A DNA stretch of 64,000 nt from Macrostomum hystrix (taxonomy: Eukaryota > Animalia > Platyhelminthes), in assembly GCA_950097015.1 (NCBI GenBank), contig CATNEN010000003.1:11594001-11658000 (forward strand), read 5' to 3'. Each line of letters starts with the position of its first letter. Position 1 is the first letter of the stretch. The position numbers were made by a program, and so were the translations under genes. Below, one piece after another: positions 1 through 13,859 of this stretch. Under the pieces are notes generated by a model. That model did not search any database. It saw nothing but the letters and a program-made list of their open reading frames with translations, and was not told the DNA's origin.

Positions 1-1136
1 AAGAAGTCGACATTGCTTATAGCGATAGGCTAGACATGCTCAATAACAGCCTGACTAACTTGCAGGACGAGATTAAAAGACTGTCTTTGCAGCAAGAACG
101 CGTCGCTCGAGCTAGTCTTAACGCGCTACCGGAACAGCAGCAACAGCAGCAACAGCAGCAGCAGCAAACACATCAGAGAGCTAGAGCCACATGGAGACAG
201 CAGCCGCAGTCGCAGACTTATCAAGACTCAAATCGATCACATTTGCCAAATCTGCAGCAGCAACAGCAGCAACAGCAACAGCGCCCTCGTCACCAAGCAA
301 CAGCGCCACCATTGACCCTTCCATTACCGGCCCTTTCAACGTCAACAGATGTCGGAGGCGGCTTTCGCTTATCTCCAGTCGGCGACGTTGGTGGAGGTCC
401 TTCCATCGTTCAGAATGCAGCTTCGTCTAGTAGAAAGCAAGTAGATGGGAATCAGCGTAAGCAGCAGCCACAGAAGTCGTCTCAATCCTCTGATTTGACA
501 GCAGTATCATTGGCTAATAGTCACGGCACTGTGATACTTGATAGACCGTCGGAAATAGTTACTTTTAGTAGCAGCAAGCAGCTGCCAAAACAGCAGGAGC
601 CGGTTGATCAGGAGCAGCAGCAAGGCTTCTTCCTAGCTGGCGAAGAACCAGCCGAAAAAGAGGATCTGCATAATGTTCGCATTAATAAGAATAATTTCTT
701 CATCAGCTTTGAAGACGACGATGGCAATACAGTCGCCAGTGGTGGCTCCGGCTGCGGCGGCGGTGGCAATGGCGATGTCGCCAGCGCTGTCGCCAGTCCG
801 CGTCGCGCCAAACGCAAGCCGCAATTGTCAAGCTCGTCACGTGTTTCCGCTTCTAAAAACAATGGCGCCACAGTGGCGGTGACGGCAGCTGCTGTCAATA
901 CAGCCGCTGCTAACAGTTCCAGCACTAGTCGAGGTTCAGCTGATGCCTCAGCGTCATCCTCGGCCTCGTCACAGAAAGAGGCGGCCCCAGTGGCGACTTC
1001 AGCAGCCGTCTCATCTGTCGCCGCTGCAGCTGAGAATGATAGAACTCGCAAATCGCCTGTGCTGCAGAATACCGCATTCACCGTGATTGAGGATGCCAAG
1101 GAGGCTGAGCGGAATGCGAGAATTCAGGAGCTACAG
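1..1136 (+). CDS. CAMSAP: CAMSAP/Patronin, internal exon (5' end outside window): coiled coil plus Q/S/A-rich linker
   Basis: Open frame from the window start (EVDIAYSDRLDMLNNSLTNLQDEIKRLSLQQE, resembling CAMSAP CC2). It ends CAG|GT at 1136/1137, phase 0, in frame with the next exon. Confidence 0.8.
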
Positions 1137-1222
1137 GTCTGTTGCTTTTGAAGACTTACATTGGTTTCTTAAAACAAGGCGGTCTCTTGCCATCCGTATC
1201 TAACAGTAAAACAACAAGGTTC

Positions 1223-1700
1223 CCACCTGTATCTAACAGCCCCACTTCACACCTGTATCTAACAGCTCCCCTTCACACCTGTATCTAACAGCTCCCCTTC
1301 ACACCTGTATCTAACAGATCCGCTTCACACCTGTATCTAACAGCCCCGCTTCACACCTGTATCTAACAGACCCGCTTCACACCTGTATCTAACAGCCCCG
1401 CTTCACACCTGTATCTAACAGCCCCGCTTCACACCTGTATCTAACAGCCCCGCTTCACACCTGTATCTAACAGACCCGCTTCACACCTGTATCTAACAGC
1501 CCCGCTTCACACCTGTATCTAACAGCCCCGCTTCACACCTGTATCTAATAGCCCCGCTTCACACCTGTATCTAACAGCCCCGCTTCACACCTGTATCTAA
1601 CAGACCCGCTTCACACCTGTATCTAACAGCCCTGCTTCCCACCTGTATCTAACAGCCCTGCTTCCCACCTGTATCTAACAGCCCTGCTTCCCACCTGTAT
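1223..1700. repeat. 26-bp minisatellite (cacacctgtatctaacagccccgctt) filling a CAMSAP intron
   Basis: About 18 tandem copies visible directly. Confidence 0.95.
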
Positions 1701-1710
1701 CCACCTACAG

Positions 1711-2286
1711 CACAGAACGGCAGCTCGCCAAGCTGAGCTGGCTCAGAAGCGGGCGGAGCGCGAAAGAATCGAACAACTGAAAGCGGCTAAGAAGGCCGCC
1801 GAGCGGGACGAGGCCGAGCGAAAGAAGGCCGAAGACAAACGCCGCCGGGATGAAATTTTCCGTCAATACAAGGAGCGAAAACTGCAGGACGCTGACGACG
1901 ACGCGCCAGGAGGAGGCGGCGGCGGCGGCGGTGCAGGTGGTCGATTTGTGTCGGCGAAGTCAAACATTCGTCGACCGAAGAGTATGTTCATAGCTGCCGC
2001 CGCATCGAAAGAGGTGAAAAAATCGCCAAGCGTTGCCGATTTAACCGAATCTACAATGTCCGAATCGGCCTCTTCGTCAGCCGGCGCCACCGCCGCCGTG
2101 GCTGCGGCTTCGTCGACAACGTCAGGTTCGGTGCAACGCTCGGGTTCCATCGCTCATCTGACCGCTCAGGATCCGAATCTGCGCCTATTTGTTAAACCGA
2201 AGTCCAAGACTAATAAGCACGTGATCAATAATGCCATTAGCCACTGCTGCCTAGCTGGCATTGTCAACGAGCCAGTCAAGAAAAAG
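1711..2286 (+). CDS. CAMSAP: CAMSAP/Patronin exon: CC3 helix and start of CKK domain
   Basis: Acceptor ctacag|CAC at 1710/1711. Encodes HRTAARQ...KRRRDEIFRQYKERKL then LFVKPKSKTNKHVINNAISHCCLAGIVNEPVKKK. Donor AAG|GTGGGC at 2286. Confidence 0.9.
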
Positions 2287-2384
2287 GTGGGCACTGCTTT
2301 ATCATCTGCTTTCAGAATAGATTGCGGAGATCAAGATTACAATGGAACGAGTAGATTAGAAAAATTGAGTGAGTTTGAGAGATA

Positions 2385-2820
2385 AATGAGTAGTAGAATA
2401 TTGAGAGATAGAATAAGTAGTATAATTTAGTGAGGTAGAATGAGTAGTAGAGTATAAAGATAGAATGAGTAGTAGAATATAAAGATGGTATGAGTAGTAG
2501 AATATAAAGATAGAATTAGTAGAAGAATATAAGGATAGTATGAGTAGTAGAATATAAAGATAGTATGAGTAGTAGAATATAAAGATAGAATTAGTAGAAG
2601 AATTGAGAGATAGAATAAGCAGTAGAATAGGGAGATAGAATGATTAGAATAATATAAATATGGAATGAGTAGTAGAATAGAGGGATAGAATGAGTAGTAG
2701 AATAGAGAGATAGAATGAGTTTTGGTATAGAGATTGATGATTAGAAGAATAGAAAGATAAAAGGAGTAGTAGTATAGAGAGATGCAGACAGTAGTAAAAA
2801 TGAAAGATAGAAAGAAAAAC
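2385..2820. repeat. Degenerate AG-rich tandem repeat (agatagaatgagtagtagaat) in a CAMSAP intron
   Basis: Visible degenerate periodic purine-rich sequence. Confidence 0.8.
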
Positions 2821-2858
2821 AGACAGCAATGCACAGCTAATCCACCCTTACACTGCAG

Positions 2859-3164
2859 GCCCTAGCCGACCTGGACAGTTCCGAGATGGCCCACTTCATG
2901 ATCCTATTCCGTGACGCCAAGTGTCAATATCGCGGCCTGTACGGCTTCATACCAGAGTCGGAGGTTCTAGTACGCCTGTCGGGTCGCGGACCGCGCGACA
3001 TCGACCACAGCATGGTGGAGTGCTTCTTCAAATACAACAGTGGCAGTAAGAAATTCTCCGAGATCAAATCTACTAAGCATTTGTCGGCGGCAATTGACGC
3101 CGTCTGCATTCAGGATAGATTCTGGAAACAGCAGACCAGATCGGCTAGCACCACTAGAAAGTAG
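2859..3164 (+). CDS. CAMSAP: CAMSAP/Patronin terminal exon: CKK microtubule minus-end-binding domain
   Basis: Acceptor ctgcag|GCC. ALADLDSSEMAHFMILFRDAKCQYRGLY...GRGPRDI...FFKYNSGSKKF...LSAAIDAVCI matches the CKK consensus (FLILFRD-x-GCQFR, YKYNS, LSASVDAITI). Stop TAG at 3164. Confidence 0.93.
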   Translation, partial: ALADLDSSEMAHFMILFRDAKCQYRGLYGFIPESEVLVRLSGRGPRDIDHSMVECFFKYNSGSKKFSEIKSTKHLSAAIDAVCIQDRFWKQQTRSASTTRK

Positions 3165-3299
3165 AGGGACCAGGGAGAGTGCAACTGTTGGTGTAACTGT
3201 TTTGTCACTGAGTGTCTTTACATGGGGGTTCGCTTTGCTACAACTTTTTATTCATTTAATTTCTTGGCTTTATCATCGTGGTTGATATCCTGTGTATCG

Positions 3300-3665
3300 A
3301 CTGCCTTTCTCCCTAAATCTCCCCTTTTTCTCTCACTCTCACTTTCGCTATCTTCCTCCTACTTTCCCATTATCTTTCGCTTTCTCTCCCCTTTCTCCTC
3401 TCCCTCTTTCTCTATCTCCCCCTCCCTCTTTCTCTTTCTCCCACTCCCTCTTTATGCTATCTCCCACTCCCTCTTTCCCCTTTCTCCCACTCCCTCTTTC
3501 CCTATCTCCCACTCCCTCTTTTCCTTTCTCCCACTCACTCTTTCTCTTTCTCCTACTCCCTCTTTCCCAATTTTCTTCCCTCTTTCTCTTTCTCCCCTCT
3601 CTTTTCCCCTTTCAGCTCCTTCTTTCCCGTTCCCCGACATATTTCCCTTTCTCCCCTTCCCTCAA
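3300..3665. repeat. CT-rich low-complexity tract in the CAMSAP 3' region
   Basis: Nearly pure pyrimidine tract with repeated tctcccactccctcttt. Confidence 0.8.
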
Positions 3666-6600
3666 TCGTAACCATTTTTATAATGTAGTATTGGTTACAA
3701 TTTAATTTAAAGGCAATCTCGTGCTAAATTAAAAAAAGAATACCTTGTATAGATAGCCAGTGACAGCATGATATTAACACATTTTTATATTTGTTTCTCA
3801 ACTATTGCACCTTGATCTTCTAGTCCACAATTTATTACAGTTAAATAAATTTAACAGTTCATCGTAATAGAAGCTTATAATTTCCTAATGGTACTTCTAA
3901 TTTCTTTACTGTTTTCTTATCTTGTTTTAAATTATTGTCTATTATTTTATTTCCGCTGCTTACGATGTGATCCTACAGTTACTGTGTACTATGCACGGAG
4001 TCCAATCAATATCCAGTTAAAGAAACTGAAATATTTTTACTTGTTCGCATTCATCTGCTGGGTCCAATGGAGCTTGAACGTTGAAAATTTGCATCGTTCA
4101 TTACGTAACTTTAGTAACCATGGAAACAATTAAATTGCTGCTTTTTCTCAAATGTGTAGATACTGATTTTATTTATAAATATTTTAGCCGCGCCTTTTAA
4201 TTAGCTAGCTTCTAGTAGATAACTCTTGAAAAATTAACTTGCTTTCCAATGAGACAATTTCTACGCTTGTTTTAATTGCCTTTCTATAAATTCTTTTTTT
4301 TTAATAATCAGTTGATGCTATTTTTAGTACCAGTAGTAGTATGTACAGATTTGCATATGAGAGGTATATTGATGACCAACAATTTTACTGCTAGGGCGGT
4401 GTATTTTTTTATTTATTGGTGAATTTTTTATTAAACCCCGCAACAGCTAGAAACAACTGTTATTTACACATTGCAGCACCTGTATTTTAGTAAACCAATG
4501 CCCTTGTTGTTTGTTATGTTTACTTGGTATTTTTTATATATGAAACCAACTTAATAGTAGTGTCAGGCTTATATTCCAAGAAAAAGTTTTTTGTTTTTAT
4601 AGGTTTTCTAATTACTAAATATATTATTACTGACATCTGCTTTGACAGTTTCACTATTTGCTTCAAAATCGGCTGTTATCATTGCTATTTTTGTTCTAAC
4701 ACGCCTTGTTATTTTGTTTATTTTAATTTATCAAATTATAATGTCCACTTAATTGTAAAGTTTTAGACCTTTTTATTATTTTCTTGAACAAAACCTGTTT
4801 CATTTTTATTTCATTTTAAGTCATAAAATATCTGCGAGGTGAGCAAGACAAGCATTGAGGCTTAAAATATTTTAGACTGCTAATAAATAAGATTATGCTT
4901 TTAAGATTTGTCTGTATAATTACAATATGTTAGTCTGTGTTTTTATCTTCTTCTTTATCAAATTTTTCTCTGCTTTCGCTGTTTAGTTTTGTTTTATTAA
5001 AGAAGAGTATTTCATGTAGAACGCCCAACCTTGTGATATAATTGACTATTCTATTGCTTTCTCTCTGAACGGTCGTGATATTATTGATTTAATCTTAGAG
5101 AACTGAATAGTATAAAAAGAATTCCTTCTTCCTCGTGGTTTCCATTTTAAACATGTTTTTCATCATATTACTTTGATTGTTTTGATGCATTGTTTATCTT
5201 GTTATTCTGCAATCTTTAATTATATAGACCATGCACATCTCTTGGAAATACTTTCTGTCTGCGTGGACTATTATTTTATTTTAAGTGCAATTTACCACTC
5301 TAATATTGTTCGCTGATCATTTTATGGAGCTTCGTCCATAGTTGCGTTTTTTATTATTTATATATTGCTGACTAGTTAAACTTTTGTTAAAGTTTAAACG
5401 CTAGACAAAGCTTAAATTAGTTTCATTTCTAATGATCCTTTTCTTTAAGTTTTGTTCGCTTCATCTCTTGCTTTTTCAAATCAAACTGCCTTTGTGCTCT
5501 TTTTGCCAGCTCGCGTCAATTTCCTGCGATTTGCCGTTCTGAATATGTTTCAATTCGTTGCCATATTGCAAGTTGCAAGAACAATGTGTCCCTCCCTTTG
5601 CTTTAATTGCATCCGAATTAGTCAATTGAAATGTGTAATGACGATAAAAAAATCTAAATATAACTATAAATATTAACTCAAAGGGTTCCCAGTTAAGTTT
5701 ATGACTGTGACACAGTTAAACGTAATAGTAAGTTTTCTGTATGAAACTTACGCGTTGACTAGTATTTTTTTCGAAATCACAATTCATATAAAAAACAAAG
5801 AACAAAAAAGTAATTCATCAAAAAAGCAAAAAATAGTTTTTTTGAATCATTTGCCCTGGCTTGGCTTGCGGTACTTCACCTAAATGAAATACAAACTGTA
5901 TGTTTTAGGAAATTTCGCTATTTAACAAAACATTTAACACTATGTAAAACATTTAACAAAATTTAAAGCGGATTTCAGGAAGGCTTTAAAAGGACAAGGA
6001 AAGAAGAAATCTATGTTGTTTGCGTAAACGAAAGCGGGATATTTTAAAGGTAAAAATATATTTTAGCGCTATCTTTTGAAAATTAAACATTAACCTAATT
6101 TTAATACTATAAATATTTGTTGTTGCGCTAAATTTATACTATTCTTGCGTACATTTCTTATAAACGTTAATCAACGAGTACTTTTTAAACGCCGAGCTAA
6201 TTTACCTTTTTTAAAACAGTCAGAAAAAAGAAGGTGGGAATATTCGATGGTACGATCGATAAATCTGTCGTACTAAATGAATTTGTCATTTTGTTTATAA
6301 TTGACGCTGGATGTATGTATGTACAATCTGTGTGTGTTTGTGTGTGTACACAATGCCTGCTATAATTCGTATTTTCCCAATTACTTCTATATTGAAGTCC
6401 CCTGGACACTAGAGAGTGAGTCTAGTGACTTTAAGAGTCGAGACTTAAAGTACCAATTTTAATTCTATTAGCTAAATAAAAAACCCTAGGATATTTCAAA
6501 CTATTTAACTTTAAATGTAATCCATAGCTTATAGGCCATAGTAAGTGCATAATTTATAAACTACTGACACATTAGATAAGTTTATTTAGCAGTATATATT

Positions 6601-7013
6601 AGTCCTTTCTAGTCCTATGTCTAGTCCTATAGCTACTTTTTAACCTAAATTTTTTTTCACTAAAACAATTCAATTTTTCTTGTTTAAATTACAAATATAA
6701 GCCATTTAATATGTTAATTACCTATCAGTATTCTGGGGGCAAGATGCTTATAATATAGCTTTTGTATTTTAATTAGAAATTAATTTAACTAGCCTAATTA
6801 TGTAGTTCTTCTTAAAGTGTTGTCATTTGATTGCAGCTTTTTTATAAGTGTCATCTAATGACATAAGGTAAAAATTATTGTTTTTTTGTAAGTTGTATAT
6901 AATGCTTACTTGCTGTATCATCAAAAATGTGTATACCTTACCCTATAAAACAAACCTAGCTTCTAGTTCCTAGTTCCTAGTTCTAGAATCTAGTTCCTAA
7001 CTGTAGACAGAAT

Positions 7014-7851
7014 GGTCCCAGGTCATTTCAGTGACAAGACATTTCTGTGATAGTCATTTCGGTGACAGAATTGTTCAGTTTGGTGACAACTATATTTGCC
7101 CTAAATATGCTAAGAAAACAGCCTTCCATATGAACTATGCACACCTATAAAGGATTATTAAATAATAATTACAAATTTGTTTTAATTAATGTGTGGTGCC
7201 AATGGCAGGTCTTCATTTTTTTACTCTCCAATGGTACTTTTGAGTAGTTTATATACTTTCTACTTGAAAAATTGAAAATTAGCTTCAAACAGTTTTTCAA
7301 ACAGTTAAAGTGGCATTTGTCCCACTTCAGGTGACCTTCTGTCCAGAGGAGTGCTGTGCCAAGAGCAACGGCTGGCTTACAGAACGTGGAGTTGTGGCTT
7401 TTTCACTACTGGGCAGAATTTGAGGATGTAAGTCACACAATCCAGCAGCTGCTTAAAGCCTATGCGGCTATGCTCGCCTTGTCAATCCAAAACTTGAAAA
7501 ACGATTATTTAAAACGACAATCCAAAACGAAAAACGAAAAACGATAATAATGTGAAATTATTATCACATTCAATTAGATATGAATAACTATTGAAACTAT
7601 TGACTACTCATTAAATAATTTAATCATTTGAACTCATTTAAAGTAAAACCCAGACTTAAGCAGAGCAATGCAGCTTTTTATTAATAGCTATATCATTATT
7701 TAATAATACTTTATAAGTGTGCATAGTTCAAATGGAAGGCAGTTTTTTAAAACACATTTCTAGGTGTAAAAATAGTTGTCACCAATCTGACCAATTGTGT
7801 CACTGAAATGCGTGTCACTGAAATGTTTTGTCACTGAAATGACCTATGACT
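7014..7851. mobile_element. Non-autonomous DNA transposon (MITE-like) with ~150-bp imperfect terminal inverted repeats
   Basis: 7014-7167 (ggtc..ggtcatttcagtgaca...gccttccatatgaactatgcacac.tataaag.attattaaataat) is the reverse complement of ~7694-7851. The flanks gacagaat and gacaaaac may be a decayed 8-bp TSD. Confidence 0.8.
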
Positions 7852-10800
7852 GACAAAACTGTACTAACCTAACTTAAGTAATTTTTGCTTTTTTACACTG
7901 ACAAAATCTGTTTTGTACAATATATGCGTCACAATTAAATTTAATTCTCAAAGTAGGCCTAATGTAATTGAGTAGCAACTTTGGACTAATAGTATTTCAC
8001 TAGCCTTTTAGCCACCCCTCTAGGTGGCACAAACATAATCCAGTCTCAGATAGACAAATGTTTTAGCAGACAGAAAATGCCCTTAACTTGGGCAGCAAAG
8101 AACTAATTCCTCTAGTCCAGAAGGTAGCCTGATACATTTTACTAGTTTGGCATACATTTAGGTCTTCAATGGCCATTTGTGGACATTTGGCATACATTCA
8201 TATAAGTAAATCAAGTTGGCATATAAGCAATTTTAAACCTGGCATTATAAGGACATGGTAGGGGGCCTATAGCTATCCATTTGGCATATGTGAGCGTAAA
8301 AATTGGTGAGACATTTACTTCATAAATATCTTACTGAATCACAGATTCAAACTTAGGTCAATGAAATTTAGCCTTGCCTAGCTCTAGATTCCAACAATAC
8401 AGCTGTTCTAATAATTGATTAGGGAGTAAAAACTGCCTTTAAATTTAAGTATCTCTGCTAAGTGTAAAAAATTAAATCATATTGAAGTATGCACATTGTT
8501 TCACTTATAGTTAAAGCTCTGGTCATTTTTACAAATTAAATCAAAGCACTTAGCTATTGGGTCTAGGCAAAGGTAGTACATAGCTCAAAGGTTGCTTGCC
8601 TATTACTAACATATGTGTAAGTGACAACATTAATGATGCAATCATTACAAATTTGCAGTTTTGGGTCTCTTAAAAAAAGTTAATTTTTTACTTAAAAGTT
8701 TGTTTTTTGAAGTATTTAATTTTTTTCCGATTATTTTTTTCCAAAAAGGAATCTGCACAATCTCACAAAAAATTCTAATAAAATGCAGTACATTAAAAAA
8801 ATGATTTTGGTATTCAGGCTGCAGACTGAATTAGTTTGTTGCCATTGCCACTGAAAAAGAACATGGTCAAACCATAAAGATAAAAATTGTTTTAACACAT
8901 ACACATATGCTGTCAAGCATTCAAGTATCTTTTTTAATTAGATTTTTTTATAAAATGATCCACACAATCTCAATAGTAAAATAAAACAATTTGGAAGATA
9001 AATATGTTTTGGAATTCAGATTAGGGATATATGTTTTAGGATAGACTGAAATATAAGTTTGAAAGACCTTGAAGATTTTGTATGGGGTGAGAAAATGAGT
9101 ACAATTTTTTATATTAAACATTTGCAAAGCACATTGGGCCAAAGCTATCACCAGTTAGAACTTATGCTTTGCTACAATGACATTTTATTTTGTGGACCAA
9201 AAAATCATGTTTCTAGCCAAAAAGACAAAACAAATTATTTTAGCTAGATAGGAAAGTATTATAGAGCAAAGAAATTAACAGTAATTAATAATATAGAACA
9301 ACAAAGCTAGAAATTTTCCTCTAGAACAAATAAAAAATTTTACCAAATGCATTTTTTACTTTTTGGAACAAGTGTAGTACTTTGATGATTCACAACCCAC
9401 ATTAGAAAAGAAGCAATAAAACAAAGGTTGTACAAATTACACAAATTAAATGATGTAATTTCAATTGTCATTCTGATTTCAAAGAAAATTTGAATCAAAT
9501 AGTGTGAAAGGCTACAGCTATTTTTTTTGGCTAGGCCTTAAAGTTTTTTAATAAAAAGTTAATGATAACAAATATTATTTTTTTTAATTAATGGTTTTTA
9601 TTTCAAATGGCATTAAGTCATATCATATAAATACTAGGGTTTTTTCTAAAAGTCATTTCCCTACTAAGCATAGCTCCTCCTATACTGCTCCAATTTGACT
9701 CAGCTGTTTTCAAATCTTGGCAACCAAACCACTTTTTGTTAAAGTTTTTAACATAAGAGCAATTTATTTTGAACAATATACTGAACAACAGAGTTAAACA
9801 TACACAAGAACTGTCTAGGATGGATGCTACAGTCAGCAAAAAAACTATATACGGTGGTTACTGCAAGCATTTTCATGCCCAACAGACATGTCACTAATCA
9901 TTCATCACTGTCATGAGTACCAGAAGCTTTCTCACAAAGCCACTAGATTCAAGAACTTTGCCATCTGTAGTGCAAAGAATCAATGGCACCAGCAAACTCA
10001 CTCTAGCACATCCCATGCAGTAAGCAGTGGCCAATTGATAAAGATAGAGCAATTAAATTACAAATTACCTTTCTAGATTGGCAGTGCTAACTCAGGTGAA
10101 ATTAATTTTAGATGGTTTGACATTATTTGGGTAAAAATGACTAGCTTTTGACTTCTTTGTTGCAGTAGGGCTGTGGGGCAGTGGAAAATTAGTAGCATCA
10201 CCTTTAAGTAAGCCTATTTTGATGTGTCTATAGCAAAATTGTACCAAAACAAAAAACACTATGTATATTAAAATGCTCAAATGACAATCTTTGCGCTAAA
10301 GTACACATTTTCAGAGTCAAAAGCAACAACAAAATTGGAGCAGTATAGCAAGAGCTATGTTCAGTTCAAGTGGAAAAGTTTTTAAAACACCACACATATG
10401 TGGATGCTTCTTCTCTATTATATTATTTGAATCTATTGTCTCCTCAACCAAAGCAGAAGTTTTATCAGTCATGCAGTAGTGTGCATATATCGATCTTAAC
10501 TTTAATTATTTTAGTTTTAACAAACAGTCTTGTAATCACTGCTATTTCATTTCTATTGAAGTAGTATAGTGAGTAGCAGAATTTCACTCAGCAAATTTTA
10601 CAACACATGGTAGTTTTAGTTCGAGTCATATCAGTAACTTTTAATGTCATTTATCCAGGAATAAGAGTTTTTGTATGGATAACACAACTATAACTGAATG
10701 ATTTCATAGCTTACTACTGAATTTTTGTCTTTTTCTTCACTGCGTTTCTGTTCTGCAAAAAGCTTGGCAAAAATCTCTTTGAAGTCCCGCAATGGCAATG

Positions 10801-11941
10801 CCTTGAATGTAGCAAACTTAAAGCTTGAAGCAGACTTTTTTCAAGCAAAAAGGAAAAAACTGAAAATATGCAGATTCCTTTGGTTATGACATGGTGACCA
10901 AGAAACTGTGCAGTTTGTGTGTGTATGTACGAACGTTTACATTCACATATTGGCTACATTAAACAGCATAGATTATTTTTTAATCAGTTCAGAACAACAA
11001 TATAAATCCCTGATCGTTTCTTAATTGTGTGAAAACAAATTATGTCTGTTAACAACTTGATTTTGTATCCATGGTTGCTTGTATTCTAGTTATAGTTTTC
11101 AGTTAGCTTTGTTAATTAGTTTTTCAGAGGCTAATATAATTGGCTATTTGATTTTGACTTGACTGTCGTGAATCTTTAAACTTCTCAAAATTTCTGTTAC
11201 CATGGAGCTATAAAAACTCGCATTGTTCTTGAACTTTAATTCCATTTTTCCACGGGCAAAAAAATAGTACAGTATGCTTTTTCCCGTAGATAAGAAGTGC
11301 GTTAAAGGAAGGGCGGGTTGTTGTGGATGAAAATTGTTTTTTTAGACAAATTAAATAGATGAGAAGAATAGAGAGAGGATAACCGGCGAGAGATACCACA
11401 GACACGCGTACTTTTCTCTCCCACTGTGTCTTTAAATAGTTTGACTTTGCTTCACTTAAAATTTGTCAGTGTACAAACAAACTGTTGGATAGAAAGCTAG
11501 AATGGATAGAAAGATTGAGAAGAAAATTTGGAGGGTCCAAAAGGGTAGCCCGGTGCTGCACTGAAGAAAGGATAGTGTTTGAGCTGTCGAGGGGTAGTTG
11601 GGAACGGCACGCGGAGAGAGGAAGAGTTATCCCCCCGAGCCCACCCACCATCCTTTCGAAGTGTTCCCCAGGTTCACAGTTGCAGACTGTCTTTCTATTT
11701 CTCTACCTCTCTCTCGGCTTTTTCCTAACCCCCGTTTCCTCGGTCTTACTTAGGCGCTGTACGCAATCTGTAAAATTGCAGCCCTCTACTAGCGCTAACA
11801 AAAACCTACCCTCCTCCGCCGAGCCTATTGGCGCTTTAGATTTCTCCCCATGTAATCTGCTTCTATTTTAAATCCATTCTGTCCTTCTAGGCCTTTATAG
11901 AATGAGATAGGAACACATTAGACCGATTTAGCAGACTAAAC

Positions 11942-13060
11942 ATGTCCTATTTAACTGAATTGAAACGCGAATATGAAGTCGCGTGTCGCGAATATTTTTA
12001 TTCGGCTTTAGCCGAGACCTGCAACAGCTTATCATCGGGCAATAATCTTTCTAATCTTCGTCATTATAGTACTTTATCTTGTCTTGCGGCAAGCCGTCCA
12101 GCAGCTGCCGGCACTATTTCAGCCCGACAACTGGATTCCCGCGCGCCGCCTCCGCCGCCGCCGCCGCAGCAGCAGCAGCAGCAGCAACAACTAGATTTTT
12201 CTTGGTTCAGCAATCCTCGCTTAGATTTTGATAATCAATCGCCAGCGCTGGGCATATTTTTGTTGCCAGACTTTTTAACTGATCTACCAGTTTTGCAGCA
12301 CTATCAGCAGCAGCAGCCTCCGCCCCCGCCGCCACCGCCACCGCCATCTCAGTTGGGGCAATTCTCCGAGTCATTCTTTGATTACCCGGCGTCTGATCAA
12401 CTGGCGCTGGCGCCATCGCTATCGGATTGTTACGCGTTCCTAAGCGCTAGCGGCTCGTTATCAGCTCCGTCTTATCCGCTTAACTCGCCAACTTCCTCTT
12501 CGTCTCTATCATTGGATAATTACAACGATAATAACAATAGTTTATTGATGATGCAACGAAGATCGACTAGGCAGACTAGGCCTCGGTTGGCCGATTTTTA
12601 TCCATCCTTGTCGCCGCCGCCGCCGCCGCCGCCATCGCAGTCCGGGCAGCGTCATCAACAGTCTTCCGCGTTGCATCTGCAGCCGCCTCCTCTTGTACCA
12701 TCCGTGCTCTATTCACCGTCGCCGCCGAATTCCGCTCCAATACTGGCCTCTCTGATGACCAATGCCGCTGGTGCCGCCAATTCGCTTCACCAGCTACCGC
12801 CGCAGATTCAGGCGTCGTCTCATAGTCGGTCCCAGCAGCAGCAGAGAGTACCTATGCCCACAGCTTTGCAGACTGCGTCTACAGCTAACGGTGGCCTCTT
12901 TACTCATTTGAAAGTGTCCGCCAATACTGCTGCTACAGCTGATCGCTATGGCAACGGTGGCGGTGGCAGCAACAGCAGCGGCAGTCAGGCTAGCGGCGTT
13001 TCTAATACATCTTCGTCTGGAAGCCATCGGCATCATCATCATCAGCTACATCATCATCAC

Positions 13061-13093
<33 letters not shown>

Positions 13094-13292
13094 CAACAAC
13101 AACAACAACGAAGCAATGTCAACAGCAGCGGTAGCAACAATTCTCGTAGCATTAGTGGCGCGAGTTTTCTGCAACAGCATCATCACCAGCATCATCATCA
13201 TCATCACCATCAACAGCAGCAGACTTCGAATTCTAATCCTGCTCTGATGGCTTGTCTAAATGGTGCTCATTCACACACTAGTACTGCTGCTG
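11942..13292 (+). CDS. PIAS: PIAS-family SUMO E3 ligase paralog A, exon 1 (low-complexity P/Q/H/S N-terminus, no recognisable SAP domain)
   Basis: ATG at 11942 and a long ORF. Donor G|GTGAGT at 13292/13293 (phase 1) is in frame with exon 2. Confidence 0.7.
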
Positions 13293-13356
13293 GTGAGTTT
13301 TCGGGTCGAAGAGGGGGTCTGTGGCAGAGCGGTTAACTCGTTTGCCTCAAGCGCGT

Positions 13357-13465
13357 TTTATGAACTATTTCCTCACTTCACCTGATCATTCGATCATTTA
13401 TGAGCAATTTCCTCACTTCACCTGATCATTCGATCATTTATGAACCATTTCCTCACTTCACCTGG
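13357..13465. repeat. ~40-bp unit, about 3 copies (tttatga.c.atttcctcacttcacctgatcattcgatca)
   Basis: Direct tandem copies in PIAS A intron 1. Confidence 0.8.
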
Positions 13466-13533
13466 TCTTTTGATCGTTATAGAGTTATTTTATTATGAAA
13501 GGCTTTTAATAATTGTATTGTTTAATTTCACAG

Positions 13534-13796
13534 TTCGACCGAAAAGGCGCAGCTCCAACTGTTTCTCGCCGACTCCGGCTTTGGCCGGCAACGAGACAGC
13601 AGCAGCAGCTTCTTCTAGTAGCACATCGTCGATATATGGCTCGGCTTCGTCTATTGTTGAGAAATTCTTGGCTAGTTCAAACAATCAATCCCTTGGAGTG
13701 CGACCCGAATCATTGCCGTTCTTTGAGCATCTGGGCACACTGCTTAAACCGACTAATCTGAAGCCAAGTAGTAGGAATAATCATTTCCAGCAACAG
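13534..13796 (+). CDS. PIAS: PIAS paralog A exon 2 (start of PINIT domain: LPFFEHLGTLLKPTNL)
   Basis: Acceptor tttcacag|TT and donor CAG|GTAAGT. The motif matches PIAS LPFYD-x-L-x-x-LIKPTSL. Confidence 0.88.
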
Positions 13797-13859
13797 GTAA
13801 GTGACCTATCAATTTTAATTTTCTGTCATTATTTTCAGTCATTGCCCAGCATAATCCAG

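Noticed and set aside
3700-11900. Numerous 60-130 aa ORFs in the AT-rich intergenic region
   Set aside because: No recognisable domains, biased composition and no coherent splice structure.
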